Assembly: GCA_038059935.1 (NCBI GenBank)
Contig: JBBTIN010000016.1
Span: forward strand, 46,943-110,942
Source of the DNA: Nitrospirota bacterium
GTDB taxonomy: Bacteria; Nitrospirota; Nitrospiria; SBBL01; SBBA01
DNA: 64,000 nucleotides
Direction: 5' to 3'
Part shown: positions 26,183-34,000 of the stretch, one piece after another
Position numbering within the stretch: position 1 is the stretch's first letter
Layout: each line of letters starts with the position of its first letter
The notes under the pieces: generated by a model
Seen by the model: only the letters and a program-made list of their open reading frames with translations
The model's database searches: none
Told to the model about the DNA's origin: nothing
Made by a program: the position numbers and the translations under genes

Positions 26183-27381
26183 ACGTTACCGAGGAGATGT
26201 CCCATCTTTTTTTTCTTCACCTGTAAATAGTGAATATTTTTCTCGTGCGGGGCGATTTCAATCGGAACGCGTTCAACCACTTCCAGACCATACCCCTCGA
26301 TGCCAACAATTTTTCTGGGGTTGTTCGTCAAAAGACGAATTTTATGCACCCCCAAATCGGCCAAAATCTGCGCCCCAATCCCGTAATCTCTCAAATCGGC
26401 CTTAAATCCCAGTGACAAATTGGCCTCCACCGTGTCCTGTCCATCTTCTTGCAGCGCATACGCCTTGATTTTATTGACCAGCCCGATTCCGCGTCCTTCC
26501 TGATTCAGATAAAGCAAAACCCCTTTTCCCGCCTGCTCAATCTGGCGCATGGCCGATTGCAATTGATCCCCGCAATCACAGCGTTTTGAACCAAAAATAT
26601 CTCCTGTGACGCAGCCGGAGTGCACCCGAACCAGTGTCTCATCTCCCGGTTCGATAACCCCTTTTACAAGGGCAATGTGGGACTCATGATCCACCGCGTT
26701 TTGATAAACAATGGCGTGAAACTCGCCACAATCGGTTGGCAATGCCGCCTCGGCAACACGCGAAACCAGTGACTCTTGCCGCATGCGATATGCGATTAAA
26801 TCTTGAATGGTCACGACCTTCAAATCATGTTTTTTACCAAACTCAAGCAATTTAGGTACGCGCGCCATTGAGCCGTCTTCACTCATAATTTCACAGATCA
26901 CACCAGATGGATGGAGCCCCGCAAGGATGGCCAAGTCCACCGAACCTTCCGTTTGTCCAGCCCGTTTTAAGACCCCCCCTTTTTTTGCCTGAATGGGAAA
27001 AATATGTCCGGGACGCGCCAAATCGGAATGTTTTGTATTCGGATCAATTGCCATCAAAATTGTTTTAGCCCTGTCAGCCGATGAGATGCCGGTCGTGACC
27101 CCTTTCTTCGCGTCAATGGAAACGGTAAAGGCTGTGCCAAAGGAAGCCGTATTCTCGGAAACCATTGGCGTCAGAAAAAGATCGCGGCATCGCTCTTCGG
27201 TCAAAGCCAGACAGATCAGTCCGCGACCATGCATGGCCATAAAATTGATGATGTCTGGGGTCACCGATTCAGCGGCAATGACCAAATCCCCTTCATTTTC
27301 ACGGTCTTCGTCATCAATAAGGATAACCATTTTCCCTTGTTTGATGTCGGAAATGGCTTCAAGTATGGTATGAAATTTCAT
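26179..27381 (-). CDS. ribBA: Bifunctional 3,4-dihydroxy-2-butanone-4-phosphate synthase / GTP cyclohydrolase II
   Basis: [11 protein letters not shown] (RibB) and RCDCGDQL (RibA). Start set to ATG 27381 ([10 protein letters not shown]), because the ORF-track start at 27396 is a TTG. Confidence 0.92.
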   Translation of the reverse strand: MKFHTILEAISDIKQGKMVILIDDEDRENEGDLVIAAESVTPDIINFMAMHGRGLICLALTEERCRDLFLTPMVSENTASFGTAFTVSIDAKKGVTTGISSADRAKTILMAIDPNTKHSDLARPGHIFPIQAKKGGVLKRAGQTEGSVDLAILAGLHPSGVICEIMSEDGSMARVPKLLEFGKKHDLKVVTIQDLIAYRMRQESLVSRVAEAALPTDCGEFHAIVYQNAVDHESHIALVKGVIEPGDETLVRVHSGCVTGDIFGSKRCDCGDQLQSAMRQIEQAGKGVLLYLNQEGRGIGLVNKIKAYALQEDGQDTVEANLSLGFKADLRDYGIGAQILADLGVHKIRLLTNNPRKIVGIEGYGLEVVERVPIEIAPHEKNIHYLQVKKKKMGHLLGNV

Positions 27382-27405
27382 TTGATTTTTGCCCAAAGCG
27401 GGTCA

Positions 27406-27435
27406 AATATATAAGGATGCATGACGGGTTGTCAA
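27406..27435 (-). promoter_or_regulatory. Candidate sigma-70 promoter for ribBA-ribH-nusB
   Basis: The minus strand reads TTGACA, 18 nt, TATATT, ending ~25 nt upstream of ATG 27381. Confidence 0.35.
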
Positions 27436-27436
27436 A

Positions 27437-27492
27437 CCCCCGCCGCCGGGCGGGAGCGGATGGGACAACTTCCCGTTGGTCGTTGTAAAACC
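27437..27492 (-). repeat. R1 element copy 8
   Basis: The reverse complement reads TGGTTTTACAACGACCAACGGGAAGTTGTCCCATCCGCTCCCGCCCGGCGGCGGGGG, with terminal hairpin CCCGCC-CGGC-GGCGGG. Confidence 0.8.
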
Positions 27493-27526
27493 ACGCCATT
27501 TTGCGCCCGCAAACGGGCGATGCCCC

Positions 27527-29203
27527 TTACGACATGCGACGAATCGTCGTCAGATCCAGCGAGAAAAGATCGCGGATATCGGAAAGTTGCAACGCCATCA
27601 TTGCAAGACGATCCAGCCCCAATCCCCATGCAATCACCGGCACATGGACGCCAAGCGGCTCGGTCACTTCGGGACGAAAAAGCCCCGCACCGCCTAACTC
27701 CATCCAACCCAACGTCGGATGCTTCACATGCATCTCCACCGAAGGCTCCGTAAAAGGAAAATAGGCCGGCAGGAATTTAACCTCTTTCGCTTTCGCAATC
27801 TCCTTTGCGAAAAGCGTGAGGAGTCCTAACAAAGTTCTAAAGTGAACATCCTCTCCGAGAACAATCCCTTCCACTTGAAAGAAATCGGGCGCATGGGTTG
27901 CGTCTACCGCGTCATAACGAAAACAGCGGGCAATCGAAAAATATTTTCCGGGAATACTTGGTAATGCCGCCAATGTCCGGGCGGAAATCGCCGTCCCTTG
28001 ACTTCTTAGAATCAAACGGCGCGTCCGTTGTGAATCAAACTGATACCCCCACCCTCCTGCGGGGGCAGCGTGCCCTGCGGGGGCAGCGTGCCCTGCGGAG
28101 GGGGGCGGAACGACTGCTTCGCAGGCTATCCCCGCCGCTCCCGTTGGTTGCGGTGAAATAACAGATGTCGTTTTGTTGGATTGAACGCCTGTTTCGTGTG
28201 CCGCCGCAACACGACTGACAAGCGCCTCTGGAATGGTTTCGTCATACAAAGGCCCTTTCACGAAATAGACATCATGAATCTCCCGCGCTGGATGAAACTG
28301 CGGCATATACAGCGCATCCATATTCCAAAACTCCGACTCAATAATAGGCCCGTCCATCTCCGAAAACCCCATGGCAACAAGCTTTTCACGCACCGTACCG
28401 AGAAACGCCTGATACGGATGACGCCGCCCAAAGGTCATTCGAGAGGGCGGAAGATCAATGTTGTATTTACGAAACCGCTTGCCGCGCCAACTCCCATCCT
28501 TCAGCATCTCCGAGGTTAGAAGACTAATTTCGTCGGATGGATCAGAAGCCGCCATGGCCTCATAAACAGGCCGAAATCGTTCTGTTGGAATAAAGCTTCT
28601 AAGAACGCGTTCATCCACGCGAAAAATCCCTTTTGATTTTCCACGTTTGCGATGATAGGACAAAACAATCTCCCGATCCGCAGGTGAGAGCGCACAAAGC
28701 GCGATCTCCTGATGGGCTTGATCCAGAAAATCAATCGCGCATTGAAGCTGGAAGAATTCGGTTAATTTTGATGGGTCTATGCGTTCAACAATGCCACCCG
28801 AAATAAGATGCAACGCGCCGCTTTTTTTTAACGCGCCAATCGCGGAACTTCTCTCTTCCGGCTCCAATGCCAATCCCAAGTCAGAAAGCAAAATGGGGCC
28901 GCGCCGTGCCGACTCGTCCGCAATTTGCAGAAACGGATTTTTCTCTGTTGCGTAGATCTTCCCAAGCGCCGTTAGCGAAACCCATTCTTCTTTTGTTTCA
29001 GTTGCAATCGCAAGAATATTTTTTTTCTGGAGCCATTCAACCGCCATTGAAAGTTGTGAGGATAGTAATGTGGGATCGCCTTCTAATAATGTTTGTTCAG
29101 ATAAAGCGATTTGTGCTTTGAAGCGGGCTAATATTTTTCGCTCCAGTGGATGAAGCGATTCCGCCAATTTTAATATTTCTTCATCAGATGTATTGTTCAT
29201 CAC
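27527..29203 (-). CDS. pheS: Phenylalanine--tRNA ligase alpha subunit, archaeal/eukaryal-length type
   Basis: 558 aa, versus ~340 aa for the bacterial type. Motifs FWNMDALYMPQFHPARE, GWGYQF, YFPFTEPSVE and AWGLGLDRLAM. The start could be GTG 29203 or ATG 29200. Confidence 0.85.
   Translation of the reverse strand: MMNNTSDEEILKLAESLHPLERKILARFKAQIALSEQTLLEGDPTLLSSQLSMAVEWLQKKNILAIATETKEEWVSLTALGKIYATEKNPFLQIADESARRGPILLSDLGLALEPEERSSAIGALKKSGALHLISGGIVERIDPSKLTEFFQLQCAIDFLDQAHQEIALCALSPADREIVLSYHRKRGKSKGIFRVDERVLRSFIPTERFRPVYEAMAASDPSDEISLLTSEMLKDGSWRGKRFRKYNIDLPPSRMTFGRRHPYQAFLGTVREKLVAMGFSEMDGPIIESEFWNMDALYMPQFHPAREIHDVYFVKGPLYDETIPEALVSRVAAAHETGVQSNKTTSVISPQPTGAAGIACEAVVPPPSAGHAAPAGHAAPAGGWGYQFDSQRTRRLILRSQGTAISARTLAALPSIPGKYFSIARCFRYDAVDATHAPDFFQVEGIVLGEDVHFRTLLGLLTLFAKEIAKAKEVKFLPAYFPFTEPSVEMHVKHPTLGWMELGGAGLFRPEVTEPLGVHVPVIAWGLGLDRLAMMALQLSDIRDLFSLDLTTIRRMS
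28047..28160 (-). repeat. R1 element copy 9, in frame inside pheS, with 18-bp tandem duplication
   Basis: The minus strand reads CACCGCAACCAACGGGAGCGGCGGGGATAGCCTGCGAAGCAGTCGTTCCGCCCCCCTCCGCAGGGCACGCTGCCCCCGCAGGGCACGCTGCCCCCGCAGG. CTGCGAAGCAGTCGT is 14/15 identical to copy 2. The 18-bp unit at 28057-28074 is repeated at 28075-28092. Confidence 0.7.
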
Positions 29204-29327
29204 CTCTTCTCACGCGTAATGATTTTATTTAACGCCAGCAACATTTTGGCAAGTCGTCATTGTATTCGTGCAACGACTGACATTACAAGAGACGCCGGAA
29301 ATAAAGATTGACCTTCAAAAACCCGCC

Positions 29328-30053
29328 TTACTGCCCCACCAGCCAACCCACCCCAACCCCAGTGAGATAGCCAGTCAGCATCGCAAGCGAATTCGTAAAA
29401 ATCATTGCCCCCACCCCAATCAAAATCACACCGGAAACAACATTTAACCAACGTAAAGACCGGCCCTTAAAATAATTCAGAAAAAAACCAGTCCCCATTG
29501 CCGTCATCAAAAACGGAACGGCCAATCCCATCGAATAGACAAATAAAAGCGAAACGCCAGTCCACACCGATTCAGATAAACTGGCATAAAGCAAAATCGC
29601 GCCGAGTATCGGGCCGACACACGGCGTCCACCCGGCACCAAAGGCCATCCCAATCAGAAACGATCCAGCATAGCCTTCTGGTCTTTCGGCAAAATGAAAT
29701 CGCACCTCTTTCATAAAAAAACCGATCTTGATCACGCCGGTCATATAAATCCCAAAAATAATAATTAACAGGCCTCCAACCTTTCGAAACACCTCTTGAT
29801 AGTCTATAAAAAATCGGCCCATAAAGGTTGCCGAGGCACCCAGCAAAACAAAGATCGTTGAGAACCCTAAGATAAAAATCGTTGCATGTTTCATTGCAAG
29901 ATCCCTTGAAGCCTCGGAGGATGCTCTGATTTGTGCGCCGGATAATCCCGTCAGATACGAAAGATAAGAAGGAATCAGCGGAAGAATGCAGGGGGAGACA
30001 AACGATAAAAGTCCCGCCGAAAAAGCCAGAAAATAAGAAACGCTCTCTGTCAT
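29328..30053 (-). CDS. ccdA: Cytochrome c biogenesis thiol-reductant transporter CcdA/DsbD-TM family
   Basis: SPCILPLIPSYLSY and GWTPCVGPILG motifs, polytopic membrane protein. Confidence 0.85.
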   Translation of the reverse strand: MTESVSYFLAFSAGLLSFVSPCILPLIPSYLSYLTGLSGAQIRASSEASRDLAMKHATIFILGFSTIFVLLGASATFMGRFFIDYQEVFRKVGGLLIIIFGIYMTGVIKIGFFMKEVRFHFAERPEGYAGSFLIGMAFGAGWTPCVGPILGAILLYASLSESVWTGVSLLFVYSMGLAVPFLMTAMGTGFFLNYFKGRSLRWLNVVSGVILIGVGAMIFTNSLAMLTGYLTGVGVGWLVGQ

Positions 30054-30565
30054 ATCGTTTTGCCCTTTACTAATTTATTGATGATCAGACGAATTTCCGG
30101 ATCCATCCAATCGCGCGCGCCATTAATATGCTCTCGAATAATGCCATTCCGATCTACTAAAACAGACGTCGGAACATATCGCGCTTCGTATGTCTGATTT
30201 ACCGAGAAGTCGGTATCCAACAAAATTGGAAACGTAAAACCAAATTGTCCGACAAAATCGCGTACCGATTGTGCCCCGGCCGTATCAATGGAAATGGCCA
30301 GTATTTCAAAATCCTCCCGTTTGTAGCTTCGATAAAGGGTTTCCATCGAGGGCATTTCTTTTTTGCACGGGCCGCACCATGTTGCCCAAAAATTAATCAG
30401 CACCACTTTACCACGCAATGATGAAAGGGATAATTCGTAACCCTTCAAAGTTTTGAGCCGAAAATCGAGTGCCCCCTGACCTACAATAACGCCGGTCTGT
30501 TTTGAACAGGATGTGATAGATAACAAGAGCGGAACAAGCAATATCGCGATGAAAATATTTTTCAT
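30050..30565 (-). CDS. Thioredoxin-fold thiol:disulfide oxidoreductase (ResA/TlpA/CcmG-like)
   Basis: WATWCGPCKKEMP. Start set to ATG 30565 (MKNIFIAILL, signal anchor). The longer ORF reads through a large hairpin. Confidence 0.8.
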   Translation of the reverse strand: MKNIFIAILLVPLLLSITSCSKQTGVIVGQGALDFRLKTLKGYELSLSSLRGKVVLINFWATWCGPCKKEMPSMETLYRSYKREDFEILAISIDTAGAQSVRDFVGQFGFTFPILLDTDFSVNQTYEARYVPTSVLVDRNGIIREHINGARDWMDPEIRLIINKLVKGKTI

Positions 30566-30610
30566 GAAGTGCGGAAATTCTCTAGTGGCTGAATGAAAAG
30601 ACGACTCCTC

Positions 30611-30690
30611 TGTCATTTCGAACACAGTGAGAAATCTCAAGGGCTCGATAACATTAAGGTAACAGATTTCTCTCTGCGTTCGAAATGACA
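30611..30690. repeat. Large imperfect palindrome (27-bp arms, 26-nt loop)
   Basis: TGTCATTTCGAACACAGTGAGAAATCT (30611-30637) pairs with AGATTTCTCTCTGCGTTCGAAATGACA (30664-30690), 24/27 complementary. Confidence 0.8.
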
Positions 30691-30714
30691 AAAATTAAAG
30701 TTTCCGTTCAGGCA

Positions 30715-31647
30715 CTATTTAATCTTCCCAGAACGTAAGGCTTCCAGCGCGCTTTTCACCATCTCGGATTCTTCAGACCCCGGGGGAAGTGCACCAAAAA
30801 CAGCCACCCATGCCTCTTCGGCTTCGGCCACCCGACCAATTTGCACCAGCGCAACGCCACGTCCCCACAAAATAGAGGGGTCTTGCGGATTGTTAATCAG
30901 CGCCTTATCAAAATAACCCAACGCCTCCTCGATGATCTTTTCATCACCTGCTTTATTGGTGCGAAGTAGTATTTCTCCGAGTGAGGCATGGGCCGTGGAA
31001 TTGCGGTTGTCCAACTCTAAAACTTTTTGCCATGTTTTCTTCGCCTCTTCTAAACGATTCAGCACCATGTAGGATCGTCCCAACATCATCTGGCCATTGA
31101 GATCATTGGGATTCGCCTTGATCTTCTCTTCCAATCGCGCAACCATTTTGGCCGGATCGGGCATCCCCCCTTGGCCTGCCATCGGCGGGGCTTCACGACT
31201 TCTCGCATCTGTAGCATCGGCCATTTGATCTTTTTGAATTTTTCCTTGTACCAATGTCGAGACGCCAATGACCAAGGCGACCATCCAAATGCCCAGTCCC
31301 AACATCATGCCCCACGGTCTTCGCGCTGGAGAAGATTCTGTCTCTTCCTTTTGCTCTGGATTTCTCGTCTCACTCTCATTAAGAAGCGCAAGTAGGCGAT
31401 GTTCTTGTGTCAATTTAATGCGTTGATAATCGGCCGTGTCCATTTTCTCTTGTTGGTGGGCGATTTCTAAATCGGCAAGAGATCGCAATACGGTTTCTTT
31501 TTCAAGATTCGTGGCCACTTTGATCTCATCTAAAACAGCTTCATCCCCCATCAGAATCGGCCGTCTGGATGCGCGCCATAGCGGGCAAAGTAATGTTAAA
31601 AGAACGGGTAGTAGGATTAGCCCAGCAATAGAGTAGGGAAGAATCAT
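30715..31647 (-). CDS. CcmI/CycH-like cytochrome c maturation protein with TPR repeats
   Basis: N-terminal TM, a second TM, C-terminal TPR-like repeats. ATGA overlap with ccmH. Confidence 0.6.
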   Translation of the reverse strand: MILPYSIAGLILLPVLLTLLCPLWRASRRPILMGDEAVLDEIKVATNLEKETVLRSLADLEIAHQQEKMDTADYQRIKLTQEHRLLALLNESETRNPEQKEETESSPARRPWGMMLGLGIWMVALVIGVSTLVQGKIQKDQMADATDARSREAPPMAGQGGMPDPAKMVARLEEKIKANPNDLNGQMMLGRSYMVLNRLEEAKKTWQKVLELDNRNSTAHASLGEILLRTNKAGDEKIIEEALGYFDKALINNPQDPSILWGRGVALVQIGRVAEAEEAWVAVFGALPPGSEESEMVKSALEALRSGKIK

Positions 31648-32144
31648 GATATTTTCTCTCTGAAAGATTCAAGTGCCGCGTCAATTTTCTTTTGCCCCGA
31701 TTCATCAAGAGGCATGCTATCAGATGACTGTACGGCGGTTTTGTCTTTTGTCCAGACTTTCATTTTACGATATAAAACAATGGCGGAAGTGGCCAGTAAA
31801 ATAAACGGCCCGTACCAAATCAGTTGATTGATTCCGGAGACGCGGGGTTTCAATAAAATAAAATCGCCATAGCGGCCAACAAAGTAAGTGCGAATTGCCT
31901 CATCTGATTCCCCTGCGATGACGCGTTCTCTCACGATTTCTCGCATCTGTCCGGCGAGTTCGGAGCCGGATTCCCAGACGGATTCCGATTGACAAACCGC
32001 GCATCGAAGCGATTTGGAAACCGCTCGCACTCTCAATTGTATTTCATCTTCGGAGAGCGGTCTCTTTTCTACAGCAAAAGTAGAAGCCGTAAAACAAAGA
32101 ACAATGAAAATGAAAAGAAATGTTTTTATATTTTTTATCATCAT
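31644..32144 (-). CDS. ccmH: Cytochrome c-type biogenesis protein CcmH/CycL
   Basis: Signal peptide, LRCAVCQSES motif, C-terminal TM. Confidence 0.75.
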   Translation of the reverse strand: MMIKNIKTFLFIFIVLCFTASTFAVEKRPLSEDEIQLRVRAVSKSLRCAVCQSESVWESGSELAGQMREIVRERVIAGESDEAIRTYFVGRYGDFILLKPRVSGINQLIWYGPFILLATSAIVLYRKMKVWTKDKTAVQSSDSMPLDESGQKKIDAALESFREKIS

Positions 32145-32474
32145 GACGCGGGTACTGTATCATATTCATTGTGCTTCATGGCTATTTTTTTCTTCGCCTC
32201 ATCCTTTTACGGAGTACGGATAATCGGAATTGTACTTTCGCAGATTGGAGGTTAACAGCCGACAACAGGCATCTCCATGGCGCGTGGGCACTTGTCAAGA
32301 AAGTTGTGTTTGAGTCAGGCATTGACGGCCTCGAATTTGGCCTGAAATAGGGCAATCAATTGAGGCAGGACAGAACGCGTCGCGGATTGCTTTCTTATTG
32401 GCAGTCTCTGCCGTTTTGTACCGAGAATAGATGGCCTTGAAATAGTCGGTAGTGGGTGAGTTTGAAAAGTGATC

Positions 32475-32517
32475 TGTCATTCCTGCGTGATCCCCTGCCT
32501 GGGGATTGCAGGGGCAA
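32475..32517. repeat. R4-type palindromic cluster
   Basis: TGTCATTCCTGCG followed by ATCCCC-TGCCT-GGGGAT / CCCCTGC...GCAGGGG alternative stems. Confidence 0.6.
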
Positions 32518-32549
32518 GTCTGGCAGAAATCTCTTATCATAAAACCATA

Positions 32550-32579
32550 GATTCCCGCCTAAAAATTGCGGGAATGACA
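32550..32579. repeat. R4 palindrome GATTCCCGC-CTAAAAATT-GCGGGAATGACA
   Basis: Perfect 8-bp stem ATTCCCGC/GCGGGAAT. Confidence 0.75.
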
Positions 32580-32789
32580 TGCTTATATGAAATTCACCCA
32601 CTACCAAATAGTCCCATTTTGATTGTTTGCTCATACGGGAATCCTCCCCAATTGGTATTCAGATCGGGTTATATTTTAGATGGCGCGATTCGCGTTCTTG
32701 ACGATTTTTAGACCGATATGCTAGTATCTAGCCCTGCTTTTTTATAAGTCATGTTTTTGTGTAACCGTATTATTAAATAAGGAGTTTTT

Positions 32790-33929
32790 ATGAAAAGATA
32801 TCTTTTAGCCCCAGGCCCCACCCAGATTTCACCGGAAGTGCTTTTGGCCATGGCACAGCCGATTATTCATCATCGCGCCCCCGAATTCGCGGCACTGTTG
32901 GGCCGGGTTAAGGAAGATATCAAATGGCTTTATCAAACACAAAACGATGTGTTGATTTTGGCCTCCACCGGCACCGGCGGAATGGATGGAACCGTCTCAA
33001 ACTTCTTCTCTCCCGGTGATCATGCGTTGGTCGTCAATGGCGGAAAGTTCGGAGAACGATGGACGAAAATCTGTAAGGCATACGGCCTGGTCGCAGAAGA
33101 AATTATCGTCGAATGGGGACATGCCGTCTGTCCCGATCAGATCAAAGCCGCATTGGAAAAAGACCCTTCTATTAAAGGCGTTTTCGTCCAGGCATCAGAA
33201 ACGTCCACTGGCGTTGCGCATCCCATTAAAGAAATCGGCGAGATTGTGAAGAACTATGCGGGTTGCTTAATGGTCGTGGATGCCGTTTCTGCACTTGGCG
33301 TATTTGATATTCAGACCGATGCATGGGGAATTGATATTATGGTGGCCGGTTCGCAAAAGGCACTCGCGCTACCGCCGGGATTGGCCTTTGTTTCGGTTTC
33401 TCAGAAGGCATGGGCACAAGGCGATCAATCCAAAAACGCACGGTTTTATTTTAACTTCAAAAAAGAGAGAGACGCGATTTCGAAAAATCAAACCGCCTTT
33501 ACCGCGCCGGTCTCTTTGATTGTCGGTCTGGATCAATCACTCAAGATGATGAAAGAAGAAGGCCTTCAAAATGCTTTTGCCCGTTCCGCAAAATTGGCGC
33601 ACGCAACGCGCGAGGCCATGAAAGGGTTGGGGCTGAAACTCTTTCCCAAGGAATGTCCCAGCGATTCCGTCACAGCCATTGAGGCACCGGAAGGATATGA
33701 CGGACAGCAAATTTATAAAGACCTTCGTGTGAAGTATGGCATTACCGCAGCAGGGGGACAAGACGCACTCAAAGGAAAGGTCTTTCGGATTGCCACAATG
33801 GGATATATAGATATATTTGATATCATCATTGGCGTATCGGCAATCGAGATGGTGTTAAAAGGAATGGGGCATCCTTTGAAATTGGGAACCGGGGTCGGGA
33901 TTGCCCAAGAGATTTTATTAAAGAAGTAG
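32790..33929 (+). CDS. Class-V aminotransferase (serine-glyoxylate / phosphoserine aminotransferase-like)
   Basis: LLAPGPT N-terminus and PLP-lysine region VAGSQKAL. AAGGAG RBS. Located directly upstream of serA. Confidence 0.85.
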   Translation: MKRYLLAPGPTQISPEVLLAMAQPIIHHRAPEFAALLGRVKEDIKWLYQTQNDVLILASTGTGGMDGTVSNFFSPGDHALVVNGGKFGERWTKICKAYGLVAEEIIVEWGHAVCPDQIKAALEKDPSIKGVFVQASETSTGVAHPIKEIGEIVKNYAGCLMVVDAVSALGVFDIQTDAWGIDIMVAGSQKALALPPGLAFVSVSQKAWAQGDQSKNARFYFNFKKERDAISKNQTAFTAPVSLIVGLDQSLKMMKEEGLQNAFARSAKLAHATREAMKGLGLKLFPKECPSDSVTAIEAPEGYDGQQIYKDLRVKYGITAAGGQDALKGKVFRIATMGYIDIFDIIIGVSAIEMVLKGMGHPLKLGTGVGIAQEILLKK

Positions 33930-33952
33930 GGGCAACCCCCTGTGGTTGCCTA
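33929..33952. repeat. R2-like palindrome GGCAACC-CCCTGT-GGTTGCC
   Basis: Perfect 7-bp stem immediately after the aminotransferase stop. Confidence 0.65.
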
Positions 33953-33957
33953 TTTAT

Positions 33958-33994
33958 ATTTCCCTCCCCCCTTGTGGGGGAGGTTAGGTGGGGG
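33958..33994 (-). repeat. R3 palindromic element (inverted orientation)
   Basis: The reverse complement reads CCCCCACCTAACCTCCCCC-ACAA-GGGGGGAGGGAAAT, nearly identical to 23833-23865. Confidence 0.8.
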
Positions 33995-34000
33995 ATAAAT

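Noticed and set aside
27382-27526. An FMN riboswitch was expected upstream of ribBA.
   Set aside because: The 145-nt gap is occupied by an R1 copy and a sigma-70-like promoter. None of the conserved FMN-element segments could be recognised by eye. A covariance-model scan would be needed to be sure.
28057-28092. The AGHAAP-AGHAAP tandem duplication in PheS could be an assembly artefact or a collagen-like motif.
   Set aside because: The duplicated 18-bp unit matches the terminal-hairpin amplification seen in other R1 copies, so it is interpreted as part of the repeat. An assembly artefact cannot be excluded without reads.
32295-32634. Two overlapping minus-strand ORFs (81 and 79 aa) in the large intergenic gap.
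   Set aside because: They are largely encoded by R4 palindromes and have no RBS. They are treated as a possible decayed transposase remnant rather than as genes.
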